From positions 19,589 through 83,588 of the forward strand of contig SXSI01000049.1 in assembly GCA_005792285.1 (NCBI GenBank): a DNA stretch of 64,000 nucleotides, given 5' to 3'. This DNA comes from Bacteroidota bacterium. Its GTDB lineage: Bacteria > Bacteroidota > Ignavibacteria > UBA10030 > UBA8401. Made by a program: the position numbers and the translations under genes. Numbering within the stretch: the first letter of the stretch is position 1; each line of letters starts with the position of its first letter. The notes below the pieces were generated by a model. That model ran no database searches. It saw only the letters and a list, made by a program, of their open reading frames with translations, and had not been told where the DNA came from. This document shows, piece by piece, positions 10,733 to 21,692 of the stretch.

Positions 10733-11809
10733 TTATTTATTAACTCGTTTAATATTAATTAATCCGCCGATAAAAAAAATAATATTTGGTAACCAAGCTG
10801 TAAAAAATGGATTGATATCACCATTGTAACCAATTACTTGGATTACTTTCGTACAACCCAAATAAAAAAATGTAATTGAAATTGCAAGTCCAAATTGCAA
10901 AGCCATTCCACCTTGTCTTTTAGTAAATGAAAATGGAACTCCGAAAAGAACTACAATGAAACTTGCAAATGGAAAAGAAACTTTGCTATAAAAATCGACC
11001 ATCCATCTTGAAATTGGATTTCCACTTAATTTTTGTCGATTAACATACTCCTTAAGTTCTTCATAAACCATTTCATCCGGACGATCTACTTTAATAATAA
11101 TATCTTTTGGTGCATAAGAAAGAGATCCTAAATTATAATTACTAAATTTAATATGTTCCTCTTTTTCAACATTTCTATAAATTACATCGTACATAATCCA
11201 ATTAGAAATTAAAGTATCGAACAAAACATAATTTGCATCGAATCTTTCAATTATAGAAAGTCGAGTTGAATCTTTAAATTTTATAAATGAAGGGAAGTTT
11301 CCTCTTTTTAAAGCATCGTCGTAAGTTAACATTGATAAAATTGCTTTTGAACCTTCTTGCAAATAAATATCACTTCGCGCATTTTCTAAAGTTACTGAAT
11401 CAATTCTTCTTTCGATTGCATATTTTTCCCGATTTGCAACAGGAACAATCCACCCATTAAAATAGACCGAGAATAAACTTACAATCAATGAAACAAAAAT
11501 TATCGGAAGCATAAATCTATATAAACTCAAACCGCATACTTTCATTGCTGTAATTTCATTTGAATTTGACATTTTCCCTGTAGTGAAAAGTGATGATAGC
11601 AACATTGAAATTGGAGTCATCAATTTAATTATTTCTGGAATGAACATTACGTAATACCGAATTATTGTTTCGTTTGATGAATTACTATCAATAAAATTAT
11701 CAAGTTTCTCCATCATATCGATTGAAACAAAAATTATTACAAATACAATTAATGAAAATATTGCAGTTGAGATAAATTGTTTTATTATATATCTATCGAA
11801 ATAGGTCAA
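10733..11809 (-). CDS. lptG: LPS export ABC transporter permease, LptF/LptG (YjgP/YjgQ) family, downstream member
   Basis: 358 aa. The N-terminus 'FDRYIIKQFI' is typical of the YjgP/YjgQ family. It has a 3-TM N-terminal block, a periplasmic beta-jellyroll region and a C-terminal TM block. It overlaps the upstream paralog by 4 nt. Confidence 0.65.
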   Translation of the reverse strand: MTYFDRYIIKQFISTAIFSLIVFVIIFVSIDMMEKLDNFIDSNSSNETIIRYYVMFIPEIIKLMTPISMLLSSLFTTGKMSNSNEITAMKVCGLSLYRFMLPIIFVSLIVSLFSVYFNGWIVPVANREKYAIERRIDSVTLENARSDIYLQEGSKAILSMLTYDDALKRGNFPSFIKFKDSTRLSIIERFDANYVLFDTLISNWIMYDVIYRNVEKEEHIKFSNYNLGSLSYAPKDIIIKVDRPDEMVYEELKEYVNRQKLSGNPISRWMVDFYSKVSFPFASFIVVLFGVPFSFTKRQGGMALQFGLAISITFFYLGCTKVIQVIGYNGDINPFFTAWLPNIIFFIGGLINIKRVNK

Positions 11810-13206
11810 GTTATATTTTTAATTAATATTTCTTTACGTTTTGATTTTAATCTAAAATTTATTGGGCTCTTTGCAACAATAAAGGTGAGCGCTACTCCAA
11901 GTAACCCCAATACGATATTAGCCATCCACATTCCAAGCCAAGGATCAATTATTTGTCGATCAGCAAGTTTTTCACCACTAATTAAACCGGCCCAATACAA
12001 AATAAAAAATCCGATACTAATCGAACCGGCAACTCCCATTCCACTTCTTCGAGTAATTACACCAAGTGGTGCGCCAACTAATACAAATATTAAACATGCA
12101 AATGGAATTGAATATTTTTTATGCACTTCAACCATATATTCGCGAATGGATTGAGTTAAAGAATTTTTATTCATAAACTCAACATCAAGTAAATTTGAAT
12201 ACATCATAACTTGACTTCTTGCATCTGAAAATGGTTTTATATTTTGCCAAACAGAATCTTCCGGAGTTGATTGTTTAACGGAACCATTTATTTGAATATT
12301 TCTCAACGCGCTATTTAAAGTATTAATCCGATAATCAAAACCATCAATTTTTTTTTGTAAACTATCGACAATGTAAAGCATCGCGCCAGCACTTAATTCA
12401 CGATCACCTCTTGTGAAAGCATTATCGGAAGATCTGATAAATTCAAATCCTTCGGCAGGTGTTGTAATTCGTTGATGTTTAAATTTTACAATTCGATACA
12501 TTCTCGGATCTTTTTGTGAAGTCTCATGAACTTCACCATTAAATAAATCAACAATTATTTTTTGGTAATCATTCGAAAATGAAATTCCACCAGTCTTTGC
12601 AGAAATAATAATATTTTTAGAATAATCACGATGGTCATAAATTATTGCTTCTTCAAAATTATTTGAATTCTCAAAAGTTTTTCTAACAACCATACTATAA
12701 CCTTGAAGCTCCTGTGAAAAAACGCCTGCTGTTAAAGCCAAAGTTGGTTTCTTTTTTCGAATATCAATCATTAAAGTTTTTAATTTATGATTGGCTTCCG
12801 GAAGAATTACATTATTGAATTCAACCATGAGAAAAGTTAACAGGATTCCAAATAAAACAATTGGTTTCATTATTGTGAATAGACTAACACCATTTGCTCG
12901 TAAAGCAGTAATTTCATTTTGAGATGCGAGTTTTCCAAATCCCATTAAAGTTGCAATTAAAATTGCCATTGGAACTGCAAGTACAATTATCCACGCAAGA
13001 TTTAAAAGTAGAAGTTCAATTATTACAAAAGTATTTATCCCTTTTCCAATTAATTGATCGAGCATCTTCATCATAGCTTGTAAAATAAAAACCCCCATCA
13101 AAGTTGCGAACGCTCCAACAAATGGCGAGATGTGCGATTTAAGAATGTATCGGAATAAAATCATTTTGTGCAATATAACAATGCTTAGCAATGTATTCAA
13201 TTTCAT
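11806..13206 (-). CDS. lptF: LPS export ABC transporter permease, LptF/LptG family, upstream member. The true start is possibly the internal Met near 13164
   Basis: 'MILFRYILKSHISPF' is a family N-terminus. The predicted topology is the same as the paralog. The two genes form an lptF-lptG pair convergent with the T9SS operon. Confidence 0.65.
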   Translation of the reverse strand: MKLNTLLSIVILHKMILFRYILKSHISPFVGAFATLMGVFILQAMMKMLDQLIGKGINTFVIIELLLLNLAWIIVLAVPMAILIATLMGFGKLASQNEITALRANGVSLFTIMKPIVLFGILLTFLMVEFNNVILPEANHKLKTLMIDIRKKKPTLALTAGVFSQELQGYSMVVRKTFENSNNFEEAIIYDHRDYSKNIIISAKTGGISFSNDYQKIIVDLFNGEVHETSQKDPRMYRIVKFKHQRITTPAEGFEFIRSSDNAFTRGDRELSAGAMLYIVDSLQKKIDGFDYRINTLNSALRNIQINGSVKQSTPEDSVWQNIKPFSDARSQVMMYSNLLDVEFMNKNSLTQSIREYMVEVHKKYSIPFACLIFVLVGAPLGVITRRSGMGVAGSISIGFFILYWAGLISGEKLADRQIIDPWLGMWMANIVLGLLGVALTFIVAKSPINFRLKSKRKEILIKNIT

Positions 13207-13237
13207 TGCATTTCTTGTAAGTTTAGATTAGAAAACG

Positions 13238-13245
13238 TAAATTTG
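13238..13245 (+). promoter_or_regulatory. Candidate Bacteroidetes-type sigma-A -7 element 'TAAATTTG' in the divergent lptF/sprA intergenic region
   Basis: It matches the TAnnTTTG consensus exactly. No clean TTTG -33 partner is seen. It lies about 130 nt upstream of the sprA-like start. Confidence 0.2.
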
Positions 13246-13374
13246 TACAATATTCAATAACATGGAGTCAATGCATAATTTTTGCTACTAGTTTTTATTT
13301 AATAAGCTGAATTGCACAATTGCAATTCATGAAATTAGTTTAACATTGATTCTATCAAAAAACACAATTTAACA

Positions 13375-16300
13375 TTGAGGCTGTTTATCTTTTTGCGAAA
13401 GTTCATATTTATTGGACTCTCCTTAATTATTATTTCACTTTTAACAATTGCATGGAATGAAGATACATTTTCTCACAGTTTGATTGATGGAAATGATTCC
13501 ACGATTGTAATTAAAAAAGATTCTTTAAGATTACCCGCCGACACTTTGTTTCGGTACAGACAATTTAAATTTAGCAGAACTTCAAATTCAACAGCTTCAC
13601 TTTCATCTGAAAAAGTGTATTCACTTTTTTTACAAACTCCTTCAGTAATTCAAAAAGTTGTAAAAATAGATTCAACTGGAAAATTTGTAATAGTAAGAGA
13701 AATGTTGGACGATGTAGATATTCGAAATCCTCTTAAAATTTCTTTTGACGAATATGTTCAATTTAGATTAAATGAAGGATATTATAATTCATTAAAAGAT
13801 TTAGTAGCTGCTCAAACTTCTACACAAAAAAAGGGAGATGGTTTATCGCAACTTCTGGGAAGTTTTACAAATATCGATATTCCAATTCCTGCAAATCCGG
13901 TTTTCAGTATTTTTGGTCCGCCAAGAATTAATTTACAAATATCAGGCGCGGTTGATATTCGTGCAGGGTTTAGAAATACAAAAACCGATCAAAGTACAAT
14001 TTCACGACTTGGCTCGGAAAGAAATGAACCAGATTTTTCACAAGATGTACAAATTAATGTTAGTGGAACAATTGGCGATAAATTAAATATTTTAGCCGAT
14101 TGGAATACTCAACGAACTTTTGAATATGAAAATCAACTTAAAATAAAATACACCGGTTATGATGATGAAATTATACAAAGTATTGAAGCAGGTAACGTAT
14201 CACTTTCAACAAATTCCTCTTTTATTTCAAGTAGTTCCGCTTTGTTCGGAATTAAAGCTGCAATGCAAATTGGACCACTTAAATTAACAACTGTTGCTTC
14301 GCAAAAAAAAGGACAAATTCAGGAAAAATCAATTTCAGGTGGTTCGCAAGAAGTTCCATTCGAAAAGAAAACTTGGGAATATTCTCGCGACCATTATTTT
14401 GTTGATACAAGTTATATCAAATATTTCAATCCATTTTATACTTCTTTACAGGGAAACGCGGCTGTTCAAATTGTTGATGCAGAAGTTTGGATAACTCATC
14501 TTGGTCCAAACGACCCGAATGAACGAAAAGCAAATGCGTTTCTAAATTTGGATTCATTTGATCAAACTTTAAAAAATTATGATACACTAAGAAATATAAA
14601 TAAATCTATTCCCGGAGAAATTGAAATTGGAAGTTGGGATAAATTAGATCAAAAGGACTACGTAATTCACGAATACACTGGTTATGTAACTTTCAATAAA
14701 TCAATTCAAGATGGACAAGCAATTGCAATTGCATATCGTGTTGCAAATGGAATTGGACCGAGTGACGATTTATTTTATGGTGATTTTACAAATACTTTGC
14801 AAAAGGGAGATTCAATTTTGGTTTTAAAATTAATTAAACCAAAAAATTTAATTCCACAATTTACAGCACCATGGAGAATGTTATTAAAAAATATTTATTC
14901 ATTAGGTGGAAGAAATATTTCGAAACAGGGATTTGAATTGCAATTATTTTATCAACTTCCTGCAAAAGAACCAATTACAGAAATTGCCGGTGTAAAATTA
15001 TTAAGTTTATTTAATTTTGATAATATCAATGATGTTGGTGCAAAAACTCCAGATAATGTGTTTGACTATAATCCTCCATTTACAATTGATGAAGCTCGAG
15101 GTGAAATTATTTTCCCGCATATTCGTCCGTTTGATGATGGCATTAAAGAATATTTTTTAAAAAACGGAATTTCAGTTCCAGCTGATTCATTTACATTTAA
15201 AAAATTATACGACACAACACAACTTGCTGCACAATACGAAACTTCTAAAGATCGATTCGTGATAAAAGGTAAAACGAAAGCGGGAAGTTCGAATACAATT
15301 AATTTGGGATTTAATGTTGTTGAAGGAAGTGTTCAAGTTTTATTAAATGGACAAGCTCTCGCAATGAATATTGATTATACCGTGGATTATATTGTTGGAC
15401 AAATAGTTATAAAAAATCAGGCAGCATTAGTTCCGGGAGCAAATCTTCAAGTTAAGTTCGAACAAAATGATTTATTGCAATTGGCTTCTAAAACTTTAAT
15501 TGGAACTCGTGGCGAAATGAATTTAAATGAAAAAACAAATTTTGGTTTTACAGTTATGACTTTAGAAGAGCAAACTTTGAGTGATAAAGTTAGATTAAAT
15601 GAAGAACCAATCCGTAACACAATTATGGGATTTGATTTTACTACTGGCGGAAATTTAAATTTATTAACTGATGCATTAAATTTTCTTCCCGGAATTTCAA
15701 CAAACGCACAATCGAATTTTACTCTGCGTGGAGAAGCAGCGTATATGTCGCCAGATCCAAATACCAAAAAAAGTACAATCGAAATTGACAATGCAAAAGG
15801 AATTGCTTTCATCGATGACTTTGAAGGAAGCAAGCGAACGATTCCATTGGGAGTTGGTTATGGAATTTGGAAGGATGTGAGTCCACCAATTTTAAATTTA
15901 GCTGATACAGTTTTGATGAAATCGAAAGCAAAAATGTATTGGTATAATATTCTTCCAAGTGATGTAACTGTAAATCAAATTTGGGGAGATAAAAAATTTG
16001 TTGCTCGTGGACAGGAACAAGTTACTGCACTCACTTTAAGATTTGATCCTCGCAAAAGAGGAAGTTATAATTACTCAATGGATCTTCAATCTACAATTCT
16101 TTCAGATCCAACTAAAAACTGGGGAGGAATTCAGCGGATGGTTTCTTCAAGTGTAATTGACCTTGTTCGCGAGAATGTAAACTTTATTGAAGTTTGGGTA
16201 AAAGTTATTGAAGGTTACGAAAAGGCGAATACAAAAGTTTATATCGATCTTGGAATTATAAACGAAGATATAATTCCAAATAAACTTTACAATACAGAAG

Positions 16301-19300
16301 ATAAAGGATTATTTAGAAATGGAATTTTAAATGATGGTGAAGATACTGGAGTTGATGGATTAACAAACGATGAAGAAAAAACTTATTACTCTTCATTTAT
16401 AGAAAAAAATAAAACAATCTTTCCGGAAGTTTTAGAAGATCCTGCAGGTGATAATTGGTCGTACACTTCATCATCTGATTTTACTTTAATCAACGGAACA
16501 GAAAATAATGGAAGTAGTGAAATTGGAAGATTTCCAGATACAGAAGATTTTAATAAAAATAATATTTTGGATCAAACCGATAGTTATTTTACTTACGAAT
16601 TAAATCTTGATACAAGTGCAAATAATTTACAAAGAGTTGGTGTCGGAAATTATGGATGGTATCAATACAGAATTCCGCTAAATGAATTTTCTTCAAAAGT
16701 TGGCAAACCAGATTTTTCAATTATAGAAAGTATTCGATTGTGGGTAACTGGAAATAACAAACCACTTGAAATGCGAATTGTTGATTTTAATTTAGTTGGT
16801 AATCAATGGGAAGAAATTGTTAAAAACGATTCAACTTTTAAAGTTAGTACAGTTAATATCGAAGATAATCCAGAATACACAAGTCCACCGGGAGTTGATC
16901 GTGCAAGAGATAGAACTATTCCCGATCAAGAAGTTTACGGAAATGAGCAATCGCTTTCACTAAATATTAAAAATTTAAATGACAACGAAACTAGATTTGT
17001 AATAAAAAGATTTTCATTTCGACCTTTAGATTTTTTTAATTATCGCGAATTAAGAATGTTTGTTCATGGACAGGAAATTGACAAAGGTGCATTTAAAAGA
17101 TTTAGTAGCGACCCAATTAATCCTGATGCTGAAATGGTTGTTCGATTTGGTGCTGACAGTATGAACTATTACGAATATCGCGCGCCAGTTTTGCCAGGTT
17201 GGCACGAAGCAAATAATGTGAGTATTAAATTTTCTGATTTGACTTCGCTTAAACAGGGAAGAGATTCAGCAAATCAAATTGTTAGTTATCCTGTTAAAGA
17301 TGGACCAACAGGTTCAAGATATGTTGTAAAAGGAAATCCAACTTTAACAAAAGTTTTATTTATTGCTGTCGGCGTACAAAATGTTCAGTCGAAAGGAGTA
17401 ATTCAACTAAATGGTGAAGTTTGGATTAATGAACTACGTTTAACGGATGTTGATGATACTCCCGGTTGGGCATATTCTGTAGCATCAACTATAAAAATTG
17501 CAGATCTCGGAAATATTGCTTTTAATTATTCTGAAGTCGATCCGTTTTTTCATCCACTTCAAGCACGTTTTGGAAGTCGAACTACAAATCGAACTTGGAA
17601 TGCAAGCGCCTCTTTTTCGTTAGAAAAATTTTTACCGGAAAGTTGGGCTGGAACTTCATTCCCATTTAGCTATTCCCATTCCGAAGGATTGGTTTTGCCG
17701 AAATATATTCCGAGTTCAGATATTGATATTGATAAAGCTGCAGATCAACTTCAAACGGTTGTTAAAAGTAAAACTGGTTCTGTTGATTCTGCAAATACAT
17801 CGAGAACTAATTTTATTTTAGAATCGCAAACTTTACAAATTTCAGATAGTTATGCATTGCCTAGTTTTAAAATAAATCTTCCAGGCGATTATTGGATTGT
17901 GAAGAAAGTTATTAATCAATTTAATTATGGATTTACTTACGCAACAAGTTCAATGCGATCGCCAACAATTAAAAGTAAAACAAATTGGGGATGGAATTCC
18001 CGAGTTGGTTACACTTATAGTTTGTCTTCAGATAATTATCTTGAACCATTTAAACTTGATTGGACAGATTTATTTGATTCATTCAGGGAGTATAAAATAT
18101 TCTTTCCAATTACTTCATATAATTTTTCGTTGAATGCAAGTAGATCGCAAACACAAGAAAATCTTAGAAATCAATTAAAAGAAATTGATCCAACAAGAAG
18201 TTTTTCTGCCGGAAGAAGTTTAGGTTTTAATTGGAAACTTACTGAACGTGGTTTACTAAATTTATCCGGAGATTATAATTTAGATATTGGAAGTACGCTT
18301 GTTCATTTAGAAACTGATACATCGAAAAAACAGAGAAGATTTACAGATATTCTTCGTGAACTTATTGGAAAAGAACAGTTAATAAATTTTGGTGAAGATA
18401 ATGCTTATTCTCAATCGTTTAATATTAATACACAGCCAGCAATTTTATCAATTTTAAATATTGAAAAATATGTAACACTTACTTTTCGATATGGAGTTTC
18501 ATACAGATGGACAAATAATCTTCAGCAAAGTGATTTAGGAAAAGGTACAAGTTGGGGAAATTCAATTAATTTAAATTCAGATATAAGTTTGCGTGCAATG
18601 GTTGAAAGTTGGATGCCAAAAACGAATGAAGTGAAACCAAAAGAGACTACAAAACGGAGCAGATTTGAAGAAGAGGAAGATTCTCCATTAATTGATGAGG
18701 GAGAAAAGTTAATTAGGAAAGATATAAAGGTTGATACTACAACAAGTACTTTAAATTCTCCTGTCGGCAATAAGTTTACAGCTCTCTTTAGAAATTTTAT
18801 TAAAACACCTTTTCTTGATTTTGATAGAATAAGTTTATCGCTAACTCAAACTAATGCAGCACAAAATAGTGGTGTTCCCGGTCGTCCCGGTTTTACAAAT
18901 TTATTGGGAACTTTACCATTTGGAAATTATGATCCGAAATATGGTCCATCGCGACTTTATCAATTAGGATTTGTTAGTGAACCGACTACAGATATTGTCG
19001 GCATCGAATCAAAAAGTAGTTTTCCATTTTTTAAATTTAATACTGAATCGGGATTACGTGCGAAGAATGCAAATATTACAGATGGCTTCACACAAAGTAA
19101 TAAATTTACAATCAGAACAAATCGCAATTTATGGGAAGGTGCAAGAATTGATCTTAGTATGAATGTGAACGTTGATTTTTCAAAAAATAAATCTTTGAAG
19201 ACAGATGAATTTGGAGTGCCAACAGTTGTAAGCAGTATTTCCGGCGGTGGAGTTGAGAGATCGTTTTTAACAATTCCATTTTTAAATAATATTACAAATG

Positions 19301-20076
19301 TTTCTGAAATTTATTCAAAATTAAAAGAAGATGTTACTGACAAACGAACTGACGATTTAAAAATGTCGGAGGCATTTGAAGATGGACTTGAAACTATGAG
19401 CGGACTTAGAAGATTACTTGGTCAATATACACCGCATCTCAATTATTCTTTTTCTTGGGATGGATTAGAAAAAATTTCTTTCTTCCAAAGTTTTGTAAAT
19501 CGTGTTTCGCTTGAGCATAATTATACTTCATCTTATCGCAAAGCATTAAGAGGAAATCCTTCCGGTGGAACTTTAGTTGAATCTCAAAGAATTAATTATG
19601 GATTTTCTCCTTTAATTGGAATGAGTGTTACATTCAAAGAAATGTTTAAAGGAAATATTAATTCAAATATCAGATATTCAACAAATGCTTCATATGATTT
19701 AATTCCGACATCGAAAAATATTTCAGAAAATAATGCAACTGAAATATCTTTCACAGGTGGATTTTCAAGATCAGGATTTGAAATTCCATTTTTTGGATTA
19801 GCACTTTCAAATGATGTGGATATTAGTTTATCATATTCATTCACAAAAAATTCGAGACAAACATTTTCAAGTGAGAATTTAGGAGATCAAGGAACTCCCG
19901 GAGAAGGATCATCTCGAACAACATTTGAGCCACGTTTTCGTTATGTTTTAAGTTCAAAAGTGACAGCTGCATTATTTTATAGATTTACACAAGTCCAACC
20001 AGATGCCGGTGGTTCTAGAATTCCCGGTTCTACAACAAACGAAGGAGGATTAGACATTCACATTTCAATACAATAA
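13375..20076 (+). CDS. sprA: SprA/Sov-like giant outer-membrane protein, putative T9SS translocon
   Basis: 2233 aa. Signal-peptide-like N-terminus. Beta-rich composition with G/S/T/N throughout and no enzymatic motifs. Size and context (PorU, PorV and PorX nearby) match SprA. Confidence 0.6.
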   Translation: MRLFIFLRKFIFIGLSLIIISLLTIAWNEDTFSHSLIDGNDSTIVIKKDSLRLPADTLFRYRQFKFSRTSNSTASLSSEKVYSLFLQTPSVIQKVVKIDSTGKFVIVREMLDDVDIRNPLKISFDEYVQFRLNEGYYNSLKDLVAAQTSTQKKGDGLSQLLGSFTNIDIPIPANPVFSIFGPPRINLQISGAVDIRAGFRNTKTDQSTISRLGSERNEPDFSQDVQINVSGTIGDKLNILADWNTQRTFEYENQLKIKYTGYDDEIIQSIEAGNVSLSTNSSFISSSSALFGIKAAMQIGPLKLTTVASQKKGQIQEKSISGGSQEVPFEKKTWEYSRDHYFVDTSYIKYFNPFYTSLQGNAAVQIVDAEVWITHLGPNDPNERKANAFLNLDSFDQTLKNYDTLRNINKSIPGEIEIGSWDKLDQKDYVIHEYTGYVTFNKSIQDGQAIAIAYRVANGIGPSDDLFYGDFTNTLQKGDSILVLKLIKPKNLIPQFTAPWRMLLKNIYSLGGRNISKQGFELQLFYQLPAKEPITEIAGVKLLSLFNFDNINDVGAKTPDNVFDYNPPFTIDEARGEIIFPHIRPFDDGIKEYFLKNGISVPADSFTFKKLYDTTQLAAQYETSKDRFVIKGKTKAGSSNTINLGFNVVEGSVQVLLNGQALAMNIDYTVDYIVGQIVIKNQAALVPGANLQVKFEQNDLLQLASKTLIGTRGEMNLNEKTNFGFTVMTLEEQTLSDKVRLNEEPIRNTIMGFDFTTGGNLNLLTDALNFLPGISTNAQSNFTLRGEAAYMSPDPNTKKSTIEIDNAKGIAFIDDFEGSKRTIPLGVGYGIWKDVSPPILNLADTVLMKSKAKMYWYNILPSDVTVNQIWGDKKFVARGQEQVTALTLRFDPRKRGSYNYSMDLQSTILSDPTKNWGGIQRMVSSSVIDLVRENVNFIEVWVKVIEGYEKANTKVYIDLGIINEDIIPNKLYNTEDKGLFRNGILNDGEDTGVDGLTNDEEKTYYSSFIEKNKTIFPEVLEDPAGDNWSYTSSSDFTLINGTENNGSSEIGRFPDTEDFNKNNILDQTDSYFTYELNLDTSANNLQRVGVGNYGWYQYRIPLNEFSSKVGKPDFSIIESIRLWVTGNNKPLEMRIVDFNLVGNQWEEIVKNDSTFKVSTVNIEDNPEYTSPPGVDRARDRTIPDQEVYGNEQSLSLNIKNLNDNETRFVIKRFSFRPLDFFNYRELRMFVHGQEIDKGAFKRFSSDPINPDAEMVVRFGADSMNYYEYRAPVLPGWHEANNVSIKFSDLTSLKQGRDSANQIVSYPVKDGPTGSRYVVKGNPTLTKVLFIAVGVQNVQSKGVIQLNGEVWINELRLTDVDDTPGWAYSVASTIKIADLGNIAFNYSEVDPFFHPLQARFGSRTTNRTWNASASFSLEKFLPESWAGTSFPFSYSHSEGLVLPKYIPSSDIDIDKAADQLQTVVKSKTGSVDSANTSRTNFILESQTLQISDSYALPSFKINLPGDYWIVKKVINQFNYGFTYATSSMRSPTIKSKTNWGWNSRVGYTYSLSSDNYLEPFKLDWTDLFDSFREYKIFFPITSYNFSLNASRSQTQENLRNQLKEIDPTRSFSAGRSLGFNWKLTERGLLNLSGDYNLDIGSTLVHLETDTSKKQRRFTDILRELIGKEQLINFGEDNAYSQSFNINTQPAILSILNIEKYVTLTFRYGVSYRWTNNLQQSDLGKGTSWGNSINLNSDISLRAMVESWMPKTNEVKPKETTKRSRFEEEEDSPLIDEGEKLIRKDIKVDTTTSTLNSPVGNKFTALFRNFIKTPFLDFDRISLSLTQTNAAQNSGVPGRPGFTNLLGTLPFGNYDPKYGPSRLYQLGFVSEPTTDIVGIESKSSFPFFKFNTESGLRAKNANITDGFTQSNKFTIRTNRNLWEGARIDLSMNVNVDFSKNKSLKTDEFGVPTVVSSISGGGVERSFLTIPFLNNITNVSEIYSKLKEDVTDKRTDDLKMSEAFEDGLETMSGLRRLLGQYTPHLNYSFSWDGLEKISFFQSFVNRVSLEHNYTSSYRKALRGNPSGGTLVESQRINYGFSPLIGMSVTFKEMFKGNINSNIRYSTNASYDLIPTSKNISENNATEISFTGGFSRSGFEIPFFGLALSNDVDISLSYSFTKNSRQTFSSENLGDQGTPGEGSSRTTFEPRFRYVLSSKVTAALFYRFTQVQPDAGGSRIPGSTTNEGGLDIHISIQ

Positions 20077-20115
20077 TTAAATTGTATTTGGAACTGACTG
20101 TCTGTAATTTTTAAT

Positions 20116-21681
20116 ATGAATACAGAAAAAAAGATACTTTGGGTTGATGATGAAATAAATTTGCTTGTTCCTCATATTCAATATTTAAAGGATAGAGGAT
20201 ATGAAGTTGATACTTCAACAAATGGAAATGAAGCTGTTGAATTAGTTCAACAAAAAAATTATGGCTTAATTCTTTTGGATGAAATGATGCCAGGAAAAGA
20301 TGGACTCGCAACTCTTACAGAAATAAAAGCTCTTCGACCATATTTACCAGTTGTAATGGTTACAAAAAATGAAGAAGAATCTTTAATGGAAGAAGCAATT
20401 GGAAGTATGATTGCAGATTATTTAACAAAGCCGGTTAATCCAAGCCAAATACTTTTAGTTTGTAAAAAATTTTTCGATAAGAAAAAATTAGAGGAAACAC
20501 AAATTTCAAAAGAATACATTCAGGAATTTAATTACATCTCGCAACAATTAATGAGTCCAATGGAATTAAATGAATGGTTCGACCTTTATAAAAAATTAAC
20601 AATCTGGCAAATGCAATTGGATGATTATCCGCAATTGGGAATTCAGGAAATGCTGGCGGATCAATATAAAGAATGTAACTCTGCATTTTCGAAATTCATT
20701 GAACAAAATTATACAAGTTGGATTAATGAAAAGGAAAAAAATAAACGACCGACACTTTCACATGATATTGTTGAAAAATATGTTGTTCCGCATTTAGAAA
20801 AACAAAAAGCTATTTTTTTTATTGTTGTTGACTGTATGCGACTCGATCAATGGCTTGTAATGGAAAGAGAATTGCATAATTTATTTTCAATTAAAACTGA
20901 TAATTATTTATCCATTTTGCCAACTGCAACTCCATATTCACGAAATGCAATTTTCAGTTCATTACTTCCTAATGATATCGCTAAAATTTATCCTGAATAT
21001 TGGCAAGGTGATGAAGTAAATGAATCCAGTTACAATAAATATGAAAAAGAGTTACTTCTAAAATATTTTGAGAGAAAGCGAATTACAATTAATCCAGAAT
21101 TGAAGTATTTCAAAATATATGATACAGATGTTGGCTGGCAATTGCAGAAAACTATAAGTTCATATGTAACAAATAAACTTACATGTATCGTTGTAAATTT
21201 TGTTGATATGCTTGCACATCACAGATCGGACAATATGTTATTGAAAGAAATTGCGCCGGATGAAGCTGGATATCGTTCATTAACTTCATCTTGGTTTAAA
21301 CATTCTTCTTTATTTGGAATGTTGCAAACGCTTTCGCAAAATAAAAATATTACAATTGTTCTTACAACTGATCACGGAAGTATTCGCTGTATGAGGGGAA
21401 CAAAAGTAATTGGCGATCGTGATTCTTCTACAAATTTGCGTTATAAGTTTGGCAGAAATTTAAAGTGTGAATTAAAACATGCGATACTTCTTAAAAATCC
21501 ACAGTCCTATCAACTTCCTCAATCGAGTGTAACAGAAAATTTTATAACTGCAAAAGAGGATTATTATTTTGTTTATCCAACTGAATATCATAAATATTTA
21601 AATCAGTATCGTGATAGTTTTCAGCATGGTGGAATTTCCATGGAAGAAATGTTACTTCCTGTTATTACATTAAATACATAA
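20116..21681 (+). CDS. porX: T9SS response regulator PorX-like: CheY-type receiver domain fused to a PglZ (alkaline-phosphatase superfamily) domain
   Basis: 'ILWVDDE...LILLDEMMPGKDG...PVVMVT' is a receiver with a phospho-acceptor Asp. The C-terminal ~380 aa show PglZ-like motifs ('FFIVVDCMRLDQW', 'TTDHGS'). 521 aa, the same length class as PorX. Confidence 0.7.
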   Translation: MNTEKKILWVDDEINLLVPHIQYLKDRGYEVDTSTNGNEAVELVQQKNYGLILLDEMMPGKDGLATLTEIKALRPYLPVVMVTKNEEESLMEEAIGSMIADYLTKPVNPSQILLVCKKFFDKKKLEETQISKEYIQEFNYISQQLMSPMELNEWFDLYKKLTIWQMQLDDYPQLGIQEMLADQYKECNSAFSKFIEQNYTSWINEKEKNKRPTLSHDIVEKYVVPHLEKQKAIFFIVVDCMRLDQWLVMERELHNLFSIKTDNYLSILPTATPYSRNAIFSSLLPNDIAKIYPEYWQGDEVNESSYNKYEKELLLKYFERKRITINPELKYFKIYDTDVGWQLQKTISSYVTNKLTCIVVNFVDMLAHHRSDNMLLKEIAPDEAGYRSLTSSWFKHSSLFGMLQTLSQNKNITIVLTTDHGSIRCMRGTKVIGDRDSSTNLRYKFGRNLKCELKHAILLKNPQSYQLPQSSVTENFITAKEDYYFVYPTEYHKYLNQYRDSFQHGGISMEEMLLPVITLNT

Positions 21682-21692
21682 AAATATTATTT

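Noticed and set aside
11777-12154. 125-aa plus-strand ORF overlapping lptF antisense
   Set aside because: It lies antisense inside the lptF permease gene and has no recognisable features.
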